In this document: in pieces, positions 38,763-54,190 of the stretch
How positions within the stretch are numbered: position 1 is the first letter of the stretch
Layout: each line of letters starts with the position of its first letter
NCBI GenBank assembly: GCA_963997415.1
Contig: CAXEMN010000004.1
Coordinates: forward strand, 2,969 to 66,968
Source of the DNA: an uncultured Candidatus Poseidoniales archaeon
GTDB taxonomy: Archaea > Thermoplasmatota > Poseidoniia > Poseidoniales > Poseidoniaceae
Direction of reading: 5' to 3'
DNA length: 64,000 nucleotides
Notes under the pieces: generated by a model
Databases searched by the model: none
Seen by the model: only the letters and a program-made list of their open reading frames with translations
Told to the model about the DNA's origin: nothing
Made by a program: the position numbers and the translations under genes

Positions 38763-40097
38763 ATGGCAGCAAAGAAATCACGTCGAAAGACGAAGGTTCG
38801 AGTTGCCCATGAACTTCCTAAACGTAGACGAATCGCGATTCAAGAAGCGATGAATGCACACAAATTGGAAGACAGGCCAGAATGGGATCGAAGTGCTGAT
38901 TGGGGCAATGTCAAATTCTATAGAAAGACAATCAAGCCAGGCACTATGCGAACCATATCCCTGCCACTTCTCGAAACCGACCTCGGCGATCCTTGGCCAA
39001 TCCCAGTCACCATCCTGCACGGCATTCGCCCCGGTCCAACCATCACCGTGCTTGGAGGTGTTCACGGTGACGAACTCACAGGGCCATCCGCTTGTACACA
39101 CTTACTTTCAAACGCATTCACAGATATTGGTAAACCACTCGATCCTGCGCAGATGGCAGGCACAATACGAATTGTGCCAATCATTAATCTGCCAGGATAC
39201 CGGTCGAAATCTCGATACTTCCCCGATGGCCGTGATTTGAATAGGCAATTTCCTGGAGATTTCAAGGGTTCCACGACACGAAGAGTTGCTGCTCAACTGT
39301 GGAAGTATTTGCTGAATGACGTCGACGCTATCGTTGATCTACACAGCGCTGGAAAAGGCAGGTCAAACATGCCACAAGTTCGTGCAGACTTGGCTCATGC
39401 TGGTTCGAACATCCTCGCGAAGACCTTTGGAATTGAAATCATTCTTGATTCGAAGCCACCATCCGGATCACTACGAAAAGTGGCGGTAAGCAAGGACATT
39501 CCATCAATCACCTACGAGGGAGGTGGGGCAAATTTACTCGATCATGAATCGGTCAATGTCGCCATCCAAGGCGTGGTTAATGTGTTGAAATCTCTTCGCA
39601 TGATCCCCGGTAACCCGAACCGTCCACGTTTCAGGATGTTAGCGAGTGGGTCTCATTGGCTACGGTCTGGCGAAGGTGGACTTCTCGACATGTTCGTGAG
39701 TTCTGGTTCTGTGATGCGAGAGGGCGAAGTCATTGCAACAGTTTCCGACCCTGCAAACCCTGGCCTCACCGTCGATATTGTCGCTCCGGAAGATGGATTG
39801 CTGATCGGTGCTGCCACGAACCCGTTCACCGCTGCTGGCATGCCAGTTGGACATTTCCTTCCAATATCGAAGCACATCAAGTTGCTTCAAGATCAGATTG
39901 ACCAGCACGGTAGGTTCCTTGTCTGCGGTTCACAAAATGATGCTGTATGGCGCGAAGAAACCGATATTGATGAAGTTGCACTCGAAGGCGAGTGGAGCGG
40001 CGGTGGGGTTGATTCTGAATGGGTTGGCTCTAAACCCACCTTGCATCACGCATCAGAGGACGCCTTTGCTGAGCAAGAAGAAGAGAATGAATCGTAA
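38763..40097 (+). CDS. Succinylglutamate desuccinylase/aspartoacylase (M14) family protein
   Basis: GGVHGDELTG; DLNRQFPG; IVDLHS; ITYEGG; C-terminal biotinyl-like domain. Confidence 0.88.
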   Translation: MAAKKSRRKTKVRVAHELPKRRRIAIQEAMNAHKLEDRPEWDRSADWGNVKFYRKTIKPGTMRTISLPLLETDLGDPWPIPVTILHGIRPGPTITVLGGVHGDELTGPSACTHLLSNAFTDIGKPLDPAQMAGTIRIVPIINLPGYRSKSRYFPDGRDLNRQFPGDFKGSTTRRVAAQLWKYLLNDVDAIVDLHSAGKGRSNMPQVRADLAHAGSNILAKTFGIEIILDSKPPSGSLRKVAVSKDIPSITYEGGGANLLDHESVNVAIQGVVNVLKSLRMIPGNPNRPRFRMLASGSHWLRSGEGGLLDMFVSSGSVMREGEVIATVSDPANPGLTVDIVAPEDGLLIGAATNPFTAAGMPVGHFLPISKHIKLLQDQIDQHGRFLVCGSQNDAVWREETDIDEVALEGEWSGGGVDSEWVGSKPTLHHASEDAFAEQEEENES

Positions 40098-41351
40098 TCA
40101 CGATTGGAAGGCTGCGACAGCAGACTCGACTTCTTCATCGGTCATGTTTCGTCGTTGGCTCTTGGCCACTTCAAACAGATGAGCAACAAGTTCGTCAGTT
40201 GCTTCGTGACCGTTTTGTTCCAACCACCAAATGATGTTGGAGCGACCTGCCATATGGCCGATTCGGATCACTTGTTTCAAGCCGAAGTCGCCTGCTGGGA
40301 CACCAGAGTAGACACGATCTGCTAACCAATCATCACCCTTGCGCATGGCCTTGATGACCGCTGAGGCGTGAACTCCTGTTCCTGTTTCGAAGGCATCCTC
40401 GCCAAAGACTGGATAATTCCGTGACAGTGGAACCTCAATGTACTCGTGAGCTTTCTTGACATAGGCATCAAGCTTTGTGAGGTCATTATCGATGACCCCC
40501 ATGAGTTTGAGGTTGACGAGGGTTTGGTCGAGTGGTGCATTCCCTGCACGCTCCCCGACACCCAAAGCAGTGCCATGAATCACATCTGCACCGGCTTCGA
40601 CGGCTGCGATATTGTTGGCAACACCCAATCCTCGGTCTTGATGACCATGCCAGTTGACCTCGATTTCGTTTCGCTTGTATCCACCATCTTTGATGACCTC
40701 TTCGTCGATGAAATGGAGCAGTTGCTTCACACCGTTTGGCGTGACGTGACCACAGGTGTCACAGACGCAGAGTCTTCGAGCACCAAGTTCCATGGCTCGC
40801 AAGTAAATCTGTTTGACATCCTCAGGTTTTGAACGGGTTGTGTCTTCGGTAACAAACATGACTGGAACATCGTTGTCAACAGCGTAGGATACTGCTTTCT
40901 CCATCGTGGAGAGGAGCTTTTCCATGGTCCAACCTTCAGTGTACTGTCGAATCGGACTTGTACCCAAGAACGCACTTGCTTGAATCGGCACGCCGTATTT
41001 CTGTTGAAGATCAACCAATGGTTCAATGTCGTTCATCAGTGTACGCACCGCTGCACCTGGTCGAATGTTGAAATCGTTGTCGATGATGTGGGAGACCATG
41101 GCTTCAATGTGCTCCAAGTGGAATGGTCCTGCCCCAGGTAGCCCGAGATCGACCTTCTGCATGCCAAGGTCTTCCATGAAGGTCAAAAGTTCAATCTTTT
41201 GTTCAATGGTGGGGTTTCGTGCGCTTGGGCTCTGCAATCCATCACGGAGAGTTTCATCATCAAACCAAACACCATGAGGGTGATTTGCAGGGTTTCGCGC
41301 AAGATCATACTCGACTTTATTCCAATCGTAAATCAAAGAACGTTCATCCAT
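40098..41351 (-). CDS. 2-isopropylmalate synthase/homocitrate synthase family (DRE-TIM), no regulatory domain
   Basis: DETLRDGLQ; CDTCG; HGHQDRGL; GVGERAGNA; GVHA. Substrate cannot be determined from sequence. Confidence 0.85.
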   Translation of the reverse strand: MDERSLIYDWNKVEYDLARNPANHPHGVWFDDETLRDGLQSPSARNPTIEQKIELLTFMEDLGMQKVDLGLPGAGPFHLEHIEAMVSHIIDNDFNIRPGAAVRTLMNDIEPLVDLQQKYGVPIQASAFLGTSPIRQYTEGWTMEKLLSTMEKAVSYAVDNDVPVMFVTEDTTRSKPEDVKQIYLRAMELGARRLCVCDTCGHVTPNGVKQLLHFIDEEVIKDGGYKRNEIEVNWHGHQDRGLGVANNIAAVEAGADVIHGTALGVGERAGNAPLDQTLVNLKLMGVIDNDLTKLDAYVKKAHEYIEVPLSRNYPVFGEDAFETGTGVHASAVIKAMRKGDDWLADRVYSGVPAGDFGLKQVIRIGHMAGRSNIIWWLEQNGHEATDELVAHLFEVAKSQRRNMTDEEVESAVAAFQS

Positions 41352-41435
41352 AGACAATCACCACGCTCGCCAAATCATGGCCGGCGCATTCGATGACAAA
41401 CCGAAGTCATGTTTGAAGGCGTCGCTGCGCCATCA

Positions 41436-46275
<4,840 letters not shown>

Positions 46276-46317
46276 CTATACCTCGCACTCCCCTACAATA
46301 TTACCCTGTGACGAGGG

Positions 46318-46325
46318 GGTATAAA
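46318..46325 (-). promoter_or_regulatory. Putative TATA box of the gyrBA operon
   Basis: TTTATACC on the minus strand about 150 nt upstream of the gyrB ATG, in a 321 bp AT-rich divergent intergenic region. Confidence 0.45.
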
Positions 46326-46491
46326 GGTAGTGCAATATCCCCTTCTTAGACCCGTAAAAAACCCCTAAATTAAGACATTCAAAACCATCAATTCCAACCC
46401 CAATCTCGGCGTCAAAAAGACATGAATTTCAACCAATCTCAGCGAACAGCCCATGCGAGAGCGTTAAGAAGCGGGCCCAAGTCCGAAAGGC

Positions 46492-47289
46492 ATGGCTGAC
46501 CCGTTGGTTTGTGTGTCCCTCGAAGGAACAACTGTGAAAGAAATGCTCGATGAAGCGGCCCGTGCAGGAATTGCAGGCGCTGATTTGATCGAAGTTCGAT
46601 TCGACCGATTGTACCTGAGTCGACCTGAGCCAACCGTCACAGAAAACGAAGAAGGTGAAGTGACAAAAACCATGCCTCCCGCCAATGAGTGGCCTGTTCG
46701 AGACTTCACCGATATCGATGTTGATGCATCGATTACTGCTCTAAAAGAAGGCATTGCCCTTCCTGTCATTTTCACTGCCCGACCCGTTCGAGAAGGTGGA
46801 TACTTTTCAGGTGACGAAGCACAACGTATTGACGTGCTCAAGCAAGGCATCGCTTCGGGAGCGACCTGGGTTGATCTCGAACTCTCCATCAAGGAAAAAG
46901 ACCGCACAGCCCTCGTAGAAGAAGCAAAGAAAGCATCCTGCAAGATCGTCGCATCGATGCACGACACCGATAGCACACCAAGCGCCGAAGAGATTCAAAA
47001 CATCATCACATCGAACGCTGAAATGGGCGACATGGTCAAATTCTGCGGCACAGTCAACGATCACCAAGATGCGCTTCAGATTGTTGAAGCCACTCACGCA
47101 TTGGCCTCAGAAAAAGTAGCCTACGCTGCAATGGCCCTTGGCAACGGTGGCGATTGGGCTCGTTTGCACGCTCCAGTCCTCAACCAAGCCATGGTTTATG
47201 CAACGATGCGCAACGAATTCCGACTCTCCGATAAAGGGCTTGTCAACGTACGGGACCTCAAGGAAGCCTGGAATTTGCTAGAATACTGA
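46492..47289 (+). CDS. aroD: Type I 3-dehydroquinate dehydratase
   Basis: ADLIEVRFD; IFTARPVREGG; VDLEL; VASMHD; DMVKF (Schiff-base Lys); AMALG. Confidence 0.88.
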   Translation: MADPLVCVSLEGTTVKEMLDEAARAGIAGADLIEVRFDRLYLSRPEPTVTENEEGEVTKTMPPANEWPVRDFTDIDVDASITALKEGIALPVIFTARPVREGGYFSGDEAQRIDVLKQGIASGATWVDLELSIKEKDRTALVEEAKKASCKIVASMHDTDSTPSAEEIQNIITSNAEMGDMVKFCGTVNDHQDALQIVEATHALASEKVAYAAMALGNGGDWARLHAPVLNQAMVYATMRNEFRLSDKGLVNVRDLKEAWNLLEY

Positions 47290-47340
47290 GCCATAAGGGC
47301 GTCTGAGAGGCGAGCAGGGCTTGTCAGCCCCCGATTGTCG

Positions 47341-48549
47341 TCAAAGGTCCAATTCTTCACCTGAAGGCACATTCATCGACTCGGGCGGAGGCGTTGTCAA
47401 CAACTGACCTGCCTGAGGTGGCACAGCAACTCCTGGTAATTGATCGGGCAAGGGTGAATTTGGTTGACCAATCGTTTGTGGCATTGGGGCCACAGGCATT
47501 GTCGGCGAGGGGACCTCTTGGCCAAATTGAGGCAAATCTGCTGGCCGTTCAAGTGAAGGGACAAGCCCCTCCGAGGCATCTTTGGGCGAGAGCCCTGCTT
47601 TCATGTACCTTGCATTAAGGATGAAAGGAGCTGCTAAAGCACCAAGTAAAACAACCATGAAGGTAAGAGCAACGGTGTAAGGAGGCAGGATCAATGAACG
47701 GCTTGTCGTGACAATAGTGACATCAGCAGCAATCGTTACATCTGGCGCATCTGAATCATAGTCATGGATATTGTCCCAAGCATCAACAATGAGGTAGAAG
47801 TCTTGCCAGTCCGCACCCCCCCATATTGGAGTGTAAACCTCGGCTTTGTCGAGGTTCAAGGCAAAGTTGACCGAACTTACACGCTCATATTCATGTGAAT
47901 CGCGGTATGATTTCCAGCCAAGTGGATTCCAACTTCGCCATTCTGGAGGGATGTCGCTCAACGACTCTTCCAAGTCACCTTCGTAGCACCACCAGGTTTC
48001 TCGCTGGCTACATTCATAGGAGGAACGGTAGGAATCATATTCTGCTGTTGTCAGCAAGTAGACATCGCCTGTGACGGGGTTTGCATCTGCATCTTGTAGC
48101 GTCACACAGATGGTTGTACGGTGGGTTGCTGAAAGATTCAATCGCAGTACGCCAGCACTGTTGTTGCCGATCAGCATCGTTGTGTAGTGGCTTGTTTCAA
48201 GTGGCTCAAGAACTGGTAAGTTCCACATGTTTTGTTGGTACATCCATGGCTCTTCGGGCCCAAGACCGGATTGAGCGGCATTTTGTTGGGAGGGCCCATT
48301 TTGATCCTCCTCGTAATAGTAATCGTCTTCGTAGTACCTTCCATCATAATACGGGTCATAACTGCCAGAATAATGTGGAACGAGAGCCATGCGTTGCATG
48401 GTTTGATTCCATTCAATTGCTTGCGTATCACCTTGGCAAGCATCTGCAGCTTGGGCATGAGTGAGGATTGGCGTTGAAAACGCACCCGATAAAACAGGCA
48501 TCATCATGATGAGGACCAATGTCAAAGCCATGTGATTTCGCATACTCAT
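47341..48549 (-). CDS. Hypothetical single-pass surface protein with a Pro-rich cytoplasmic tail
   Basis: Signal peptide, Tyr/Asp-rich segment, emp24/GOLD-like 'DVYLLT..EY..Y' strand, TM helix, Pro/Gln tail. Confidence 0.72.
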   Translation of the reverse strand: MSMRNHMALTLVLIMMMPVLSGAFSTPILTHAQAADACQGDTQAIEWNQTMQRMALVPHYSGSYDPYYDGRYYEDDYYYEEDQNGPSQQNAAQSGLGPEEPWMYQQNMWNLPVLEPLETSHYTTMLIGNNSAGVLRLNLSATHRTTICVTLQDADANPVTGDVYLLTTAEYDSYRSSYECSQRETWWCYEGDLEESLSDIPPEWRSWNPLGWKSYRDSHEYERVSSVNFALNLDKAEVYTPIWGGADWQDFYLIVDAWDNIHDYDSDAPDVTIAADVTIVTTSRSLILPPYTVALTFMVVLLGALAAPFILNARYMKAGLSPKDASEGLVPSLERPADLPQFGQEVPSPTMPVAPMPQTIGQPNSPLPDQLPGVAVPPQAGQLLTTPPPESMNVPSGEELDL

Positions 48550-48597
48550 GACCTCCCTACAAAGTTCGCTGAACTTGAAGGTTCAAGGTAGTAGCGG

Positions 48598-51500
48598 TCA
48601 ACCGCGCCTTCGAAGTGGGCGAACATACCCACTGTCATCGCTTCGACGCTCATCTTTTGATAAAATCCCTGGTGCAGGCGGTGGCGTGTGGTGATCCATG
48701 CCGAGTAAACCACCTTGGTTCTCAACGAGTTCCACATCTGCATAAGATTCTGCGGCCTGCTTTGCTTCATCTTCAAGATCCGAAGGTTCACGCATAACGA
48801 GGTATCCAAGGATAAGGGCCACGGCAATGAGGGCGACAAAGGTAGCAAGGTCTGAGCCCGCTTCTGTAAGCCAACTCTTCCAATCATCAACACTGAAATC
48901 CGAAAGGGAAGGAGCTGCATTTGGTGGCGTACTTACTTCGATGTCTTGAGTCATCTCAACACACATGCCTAGGCCATCACAGACCTGAATCATGAGCGTG
49001 TAGACGCCCGGGTCTTCATAGGTCGCTGATATTCGAGAGGTCGAACCAGAAAGTGGGTCAACCCAATCGTCCGCAGGGTCGCCATTTTCATTTTCATCGA
49101 CCTCAATGTCCAAGTCCCATCGCACAACAAGGTCTGGGTTCAATGATTCATCCCGATCTGAAATTGAACCATCGTTGACGTTGGTATCCCTGTAGAGGGC
49201 AATGCCGAGATCAACTTCCAAATCTGAGATGTTTGCACTCAATGAGTTTGAATCCCCCGAGAAGATTTCATCAGGTATCAAGAGGTTATGAATCACAGGA
49301 GGGTGATCAACCAACACAGTGAATGATGCCCGACTCACATCGCCAGTGCCAAAGGCATCACGGACAGTGAGGGTCACGGTGTATTCACCTGGAAGCGTGA
49401 ATGCGTGCCAAGGCGAGGGTTCCGAGTTAATCGGCGATCCATCACCAAAGTCCCACGTGTACTGAACAAGGCCGTTCCAATCGGGAGATTCTGCCTCAAG
49501 TGGAATGTATTTGCCTTCGAACATACGGTCACCATCCCGGGTGCCATCCGAGTCAAAATAGAGCAGTGTGTGTGGTGCAGCGTAGGTATCGCCTGCTTCG
49601 TTGAAGGTTCTCGACCACATGTCCGGCATCGTTCCTTCTTCGAAGGTGGTCGAATCTGTGATTAATTCTCCATCGATCCAAGCATCCAAGATTCGAACGG
49701 AGATAATTGGTAGTGGATTGGCCATCTCAATCGTAAGGATTCGTGGAGTGCTTGCCTCGCCCGCCTCATCAAAGACGACAAGGGTCACACTGTGAATGCC
49801 CGGTTCGGTGAAGGTGTGAGTGACCTGTGGTCGATCCCCAAAGGTCCCATCAGAAAAGGTCCAGTTGAATGTCAAATCTGATGAATCTCCGACGGTGCCA
49901 TCCGGATCAAATGAATCCCTGCCATCGAAAGTGTAGGGGGTATCCACCTGGCCATCTTCGACTCTAAAATCAACCGTCGAAGAGCCTGTTGTCGCCGTTG
50001 TTCGGACAATGAAATCACTCACGGGGAGCTGATTGTGGACCATGACGCTCAGGGTGGTTGTAACGGAACTACCATCGTCATCTGTGACAGTCAGTACAAC
50101 GGATTTCAACCCTGGAGAGTTCCAAGCAGGCATTGGGTTCGCGCTGTTCGAGGTTGTGGAGATAAATTCGTCCGTTCGGTCGCTAATACCTCCATCGAGG
50201 TTGACTCCATCCGGGAACGACCACTCGTAGGCAACAATAGTACCATCATCATCAGTGAATACATCCGGCATGACAATGGCCGTGTAGGTGTAGGTGGAAA
50301 GGTTATCAGTGAAAATTTGGAACGGGATTCTGTTATTGACATTCACAATGATTTCTTTGATGCCCGTGTTGATTCCATCTGAAACTGTAAGCGTCAGGTT
50401 GTAGGTCGCAACAGTACCTGAAATATCGCCCCATTCGTGGGCATATTCGTAAACGCCGATGCCCGAATCGATTGTACCATCGCCCCAGTCCCAACTGTAC
50501 TCCAGTCGATCCGTTGGAACATTGTCGATGGTTCGAGCAGCAGAGAAGAGAATCAATTGATTGGTCAAGATGTTAATTTCATTCTCAATGACGACATTGT
50601 TCACCGTGATGATTGGCAATGGCGGGGTTGTGTCACTGACATTGATTTGCAGGACCGATGTTTCCGACCACGTGTTGCCTTGATCCATGACACGCAGCGT
50701 GACGTTGTAGACGCCAGCTGATTCGTAAGATCGCAGAGGTGATTTTAGACCCGAGGTGCTGTTATCTCCGAAATCCCAAGCATAGGCGATTGGAGCATCG
50801 AGGTAGGGCAACGAGTTGTTGTCCAAGGACAAGCCCCATGCGTCAAATCCATCGCCTGTGAACTGAACATTTTCCCACGTCTGCGTAGCGTTCGGGTCGA
50901 GGGTCCCATTTGCCGTTGGCTTCATGTTGTTGAGGACTTGGGGCGCTGTGGTAATGCTGTCAACAGTGGTTCCAATCATGTCCACCATGTCCATTTTGAA
51001 GGTGTATTGTCCGTTCAGAGGTGCGGTGAACCAAAACGATTCTTCTGTGGCCACACCGCCGCCTGCTGCAACCCTCTTGGTGAGGCGATCAACCTCAACA
51101 CCTGACGCGTCAAGCACAGTCATGGTCACATCAAGGTCTTCAAAGAAGGCGTTCGAGAAGACCTCGTAGTCAATTTGAGCAGTATCGGGGGCGCCATCAC
51201 CATCACGGTCGATTTGTGCGTCCGTTGCGGTCACAGTGAGGCTTGCAGGTGCTGTGATGCGTGCAGCTTCGATATCCACGGTGCCTTGAGGATACGATGA
51301 GCCGCACGAAGTGTAATCGCAATCAGCGACCGTACTTGCATACCATGTGATGGCCCATACCTCATTCGTGAGGTTCCCAAACCCTGGAACAAGAGCAGTA
51401 GCCACATTGTTTTGGAAATTAAGGTCGGTCACCGACCAAAGCCCGTCAGCAGTGGATTGACTGACGACAACACCATCGAATTGGCTCACATCAGCAGTCA

Positions 51501-52806
51501 AGCGCATGGTGAGAGGGGCTGGTGATGCGCTACCGGGTGTGAACTTGAAGGCACGAATCCCCCATCCTTCTACGGTATGTCCAGTCGAGGACCAAGGTCC
51601 AGCCCAATCGCTATTGGTATCGGCAGGTTGGACCCTACAGAACGAGTTTGAAGAGCAGGTCGGGGTTAAATCAAGGTTTGAAAATCCGTAAATGCCCTGT
51701 GTTGAATCCAGGACGGCTGCGATTGAGAAATTAGCAAAGATCTCGCCCATGGTTCGGCCTAACATCCCACTCTGTCCGCTGACTGGTGACAAAGCAAGGT
51801 TTTCGACACCCAAACCGCCTGTCGCAGAATCCTGAACAAGTTGTCGAACCGCTGGACCGCCGCCAAGGTGGTCGGCAAGGTACATTGTGAAAATGAATCC
51901 TGCGCCGTAATCAGCAAACCGTTGATTCCACCATCGCACCGAGAGTTCGGAGGCTGATGTCCATTGATTCAGGTGGGACACAAGGGTTGAATCGGCCCCG
52001 AAGCACAGGTAAATCGCAACATCCGCATTGCCTTCATCGATCCATAGATTTTCATAAGGATCCTGCGCATTGTGCAAGAGATGTTCCATTTCGTGCGCTA
52101 AAATCGATTTGCCCCATGAGAGGGTGATATCGGCGTAATCAACGTACAAGGCTTCTCTTGAAGTCGCCAGAGAAGGTGCGAAGTAGCCTCCGATGTTGAA
52201 GGCACCATCGATGTCATAGATGACGATCTGTACTTGACAGTTATTGTCGACATCTGGCGGTGCAAGGCCACGTCCATCGGAGTAATCCTTTCCATAATAG
52301 GTGGTCATGGTAGGGTAAATTGTGCTGTCCCAAGAGGATGCGAGGTTGTTGAGTACGGTGGATGAGAGCGTTCTACCACTCTGGACCAAGAACGCAACGG
52401 TGTTGGTTGTTTTTGCCACATACACATCAATAGAGCCTCCTGAAGTTGGTACGGTGAGCTGGTCGTTCACCACGTGAGGGTTACAGGCTCGCCCTGCCGC
52501 ACGAGCGGAGGTTTGAGGTTGAATGACCATCTCTTCTGCCCCTGGCCGCCCCTCTTCAATCCAGGCGTTTTTCAAGAAAGAAAACGCTGAAACCACCGGG
52601 ACTTCTTCTTCGATCATGATGTATTCTCGCCCTTGCGAGGGGTCGAAATCCGCAATATCTCCAATAATGGTTCCACCTGCATCATAGACCTCAACGACCT
52701 CGGTTTCGGACGACGCAGAGGCTGCGGGAGCAAGAAGCGGCGCGAATAATGCTGCGCAGAGAACAGTGACGAGAAAGAGGGCAGATGTAGAGCGCGGTTC
52801 CGACAT
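48598..52806 (-). CDS. Large membrane-anchored zinc metallopeptidase (M30-like) with multiple PKD domains
   Basis: ILAHEMEHLLH...WIDEGNA; repeated WDFGD/WDWGDG/WTFSDG with Y.VTLTV.D PKD motifs; signal peptide; C-terminal TM; GAGGTG SD before 52806. Confidence 0.85.
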   Translation of the reverse strand: MSEPRSTSALFLVTVLCAALFAPLLAPAASASSETEVVEVYDAGGTIIGDIADFDPSQGREYIMIEEEVPVVSAFSFLKNAWIEEGRPGAEEMVIQPQTSARAAGRACNPHVVNDQLTVPTSGGSIDVYVAKTTNTVAFLVQSGRTLSSTVLNNLASSWDSTIYPTMTTYYGKDYSDGRGLAPPDVDNNCQVQIVIYDIDGAFNIGGYFAPSLATSREALYVDYADITLSWGKSILAHEMEHLLHNAQDPYENLWIDEGNADVAIYLCFGADSTLVSHLNQWTSASELSVRWWNQRFADYGAGFIFTMYLADHLGGGPAVRQLVQDSATGGLGVENLALSPVSGQSGMLGRTMGEIFANFSIAAVLDSTQGIYGFSNLDLTPTCSSNSFCRVQPADTNSDWAGPWSSTGHTVEGWGIRAFKFTPGSASPAPLTMRLTADVSQFDGVVVSQSTADGLWSVTDLNFQNNVATALVPGFGNLTNEVWAITWYASTVADCDYTSCGSSYPQGTVDIEAARITAPASLTVTATDAQIDRDGDGAPDTAQIDYEVFSNAFFEDLDVTMTVLDASGVEVDRLTKRVAAGGGVATEESFWFTAPLNGQYTFKMDMVDMIGTTVDSITTAPQVLNNMKPTANGTLDPNATQTWENVQFTGDGFDAWGLSLDNNSLPYLDAPIAYAWDFGDNSTSGLKSPLRSYESAGVYNVTLRVMDQGNTWSETSVLQINVSDTTPPLPIITVNNVVIENEINILTNQLILFSAARTIDNVPTDRLEYSWDWGDGTIDSGIGVYEYAHEWGDISGTVATYNLTLTVSDGINTGIKEIIVNVNNRIPFQIFTDNLSTYTYTAIVMPDVFTDDDGTIVAYEWSFPDGVNLDGGISDRTDEFISTTSNSANPMPAWNSPGLKSVVLTVTDDDGSSVTTTLSVMVHNQLPVSDFIVRTTATTGSSTVDFRVEDGQVDTPYTFDGRDSFDPDGTVGDSSDLTFNWTFSDGTFGDRPQVTHTFTEPGIHSVTLVVFDEAGEASTPRILTIEMANPLPIISVRILDAWIDGELITDSTTFEEGTMPDMWSRTFNEAGDTYAAPHTLLYFDSDGTRDGDRMFEGKYIPLEAESPDWNGLVQYTWDFGDGSPINSEPSPWHAFTLPGEYTVTLTVRDAFGTGDVSRASFTVLVDHPPVIHNLLIPDEIFSGDSNSLSANISDLEVDLGIALYRDTNVNDGSISDRDESLNPDLVVRWDLDIEVDENENGDPADDWVDPLSGSTSRISATYEDPGVYTLMIQVCDGLGMCVEMTQDIEVSTPPNAAPSLSDFSVDDWKSWLTEAGSDLATFVALIAVALILGYLVMREPSDLEDEAKQAAESYADVELVENQGGLLGMDHHTPPPAPGILSKDERRSDDSGYVRPLRRRG

Positions 52807-52894
52807 TGATGACACCTCAGGTATTCGCATTACTGCTTAACAACTGCACGACTTGAAAAGAGGTATTTAAGACTGGGTCTATGAGGCTTCACAT

Positions 52895-54124
52895 ATGCTC
52901 ACGCGAACTCGGAGTGGTTTACGCCCCCCGAATCATGCCATAGAGGCGCTTATTCTCGCATTTTTGATGCTTACAGCTTGCCTGAGTACGACCCAAGCCC
53001 AGAGCATCAAGGAACCGTACCAAATTGTCGATGCTTGTGAGCAGGTTGATTCGTTGGAATTCAACGGCACGATTGCCAATGCCTCGATTACGGAACAAGT
53101 AAACTTGGGACCAAGAACAACTGGATCCAACGGCAGCGCCGACCTTCGCACGATGATCCATTCGGAATTAAGTCACTTAGAGGTTGCAAATAACACCTAC
53201 ACTGAAGACAACATCACGTTCACTAACGTGGTCGCAAAGTACTCGCCTGGTGAAGCCAATGCATCACGACCAAGAGTTGTACTGGTTGCCCATTATGACT
53301 CACGTGATGTTGCTGAACGAGATCCTGATCAGAATCGGACCATGGAACCAATCCCTGGCGCAAACGATGCGGCAAGCGGTGTTGCAGTCCTGCTTGAACT
53401 TGGAAGAATCATACCATCTATGAATCTTGAATACGATGTTGAACTGCTGTTCACTGATGCTGAAGATCAGAATTTTTCGACTGGGAGCCTGTACGGCGCA
53501 AGAGCATGGGTCGATAACCAAAGTGAATCTGAGGTGAATCGGACAACGGCATACATCGTCGTGGACATGGTTGGCGATATTTTTCTACAACTCACCCATG
53601 TCTACCCCGGCGACAACGCCTTGTGGACCACAATCCCGCCGCTTGCTGCCGCCATTGGCCTCATGGACACCGAAACCGATTGCAATGGTAACTTGGGCAG
53701 AGACATTGTCAACATGACCATCAGCACTGGTGTCATCGATGACCATGTGCCAGCACTCAACAGAGGCATCAGGGCGATTGATTTGATCGACATACGCTTT
53801 GGCGAAGGTGCTGAACCCTTCGGAGGCCATTGGCATACTCATGAAGATACACCTGACAAAGTCAGCGCTCAATCCTTGCAGGATGTTGGTTCACTGGTGG
53901 AACTTGGACTTCGCTCGAATGCCTGGATTTTTGATTTCCAGGCCATTGAAGAAAACCAAGACCAAATCGATGAAACCGAGGCTGAAGAATCAGATTCTTC
54001 CTCACAAGAACTGGAGGTCGAACGATACACAGGGTTGGCCGTTGTAGCACTCCTCGGTATTGGAGCGGCAATGACCCTGATGCTGGTGCTTGGCTATGCT
54101 GTCAATTTACGACGGGAACAATAA
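52895..54124 (+). CDS. M28-family peptidase / glutaminyl cyclase-like, membrane anchored
   Basis: LVAHYDSR; PGANDAASGVA; FTDAED; VDMVGD; IDDHVP; WHTHEDT; C-terminal TM. Confidence 0.88.
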   Translation: MLTRTRSGLRPPNHAIEALILAFLMLTACLSTTQAQSIKEPYQIVDACEQVDSLEFNGTIANASITEQVNLGPRTTGSNGSADLRTMIHSELSHLEVANNTYTEDNITFTNVVAKYSPGEANASRPRVVLVAHYDSRDVAERDPDQNRTMEPIPGANDAASGVAVLLELGRIIPSMNLEYDVELLFTDAEDQNFSTGSLYGARAWVDNQSESEVNRTTAYIVVDMVGDIFLQLTHVYPGDNALWTTIPPLAAAIGLMDTETDCNGNLGRDIVNMTISTGVIDDHVPALNRGIRAIDLIDIRFGEGAEPFGGHWHTHEDTPDKVSAQSLQDVGSLVELGLRSNAWIFDFQAIEENQDQIDETEAEESDSSSQELEVERYTGLAVVALLGIGAAMTLMLVLGYAVNLRREQ

Positions 54125-54190
54125 AGCGCGGACAAGAAGGGAAAGGCGTATTATCCGCGCACGCACCCAGTTCAACATAGCGGGGGTGAG

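Noticed and set aside
54126..54160. Inverted repeat GCGCGGA...TCCGCGC between two genes
   Set aside because: Only 7 bp arms with a 21 nt loop and no T-tract; compatible with chance.
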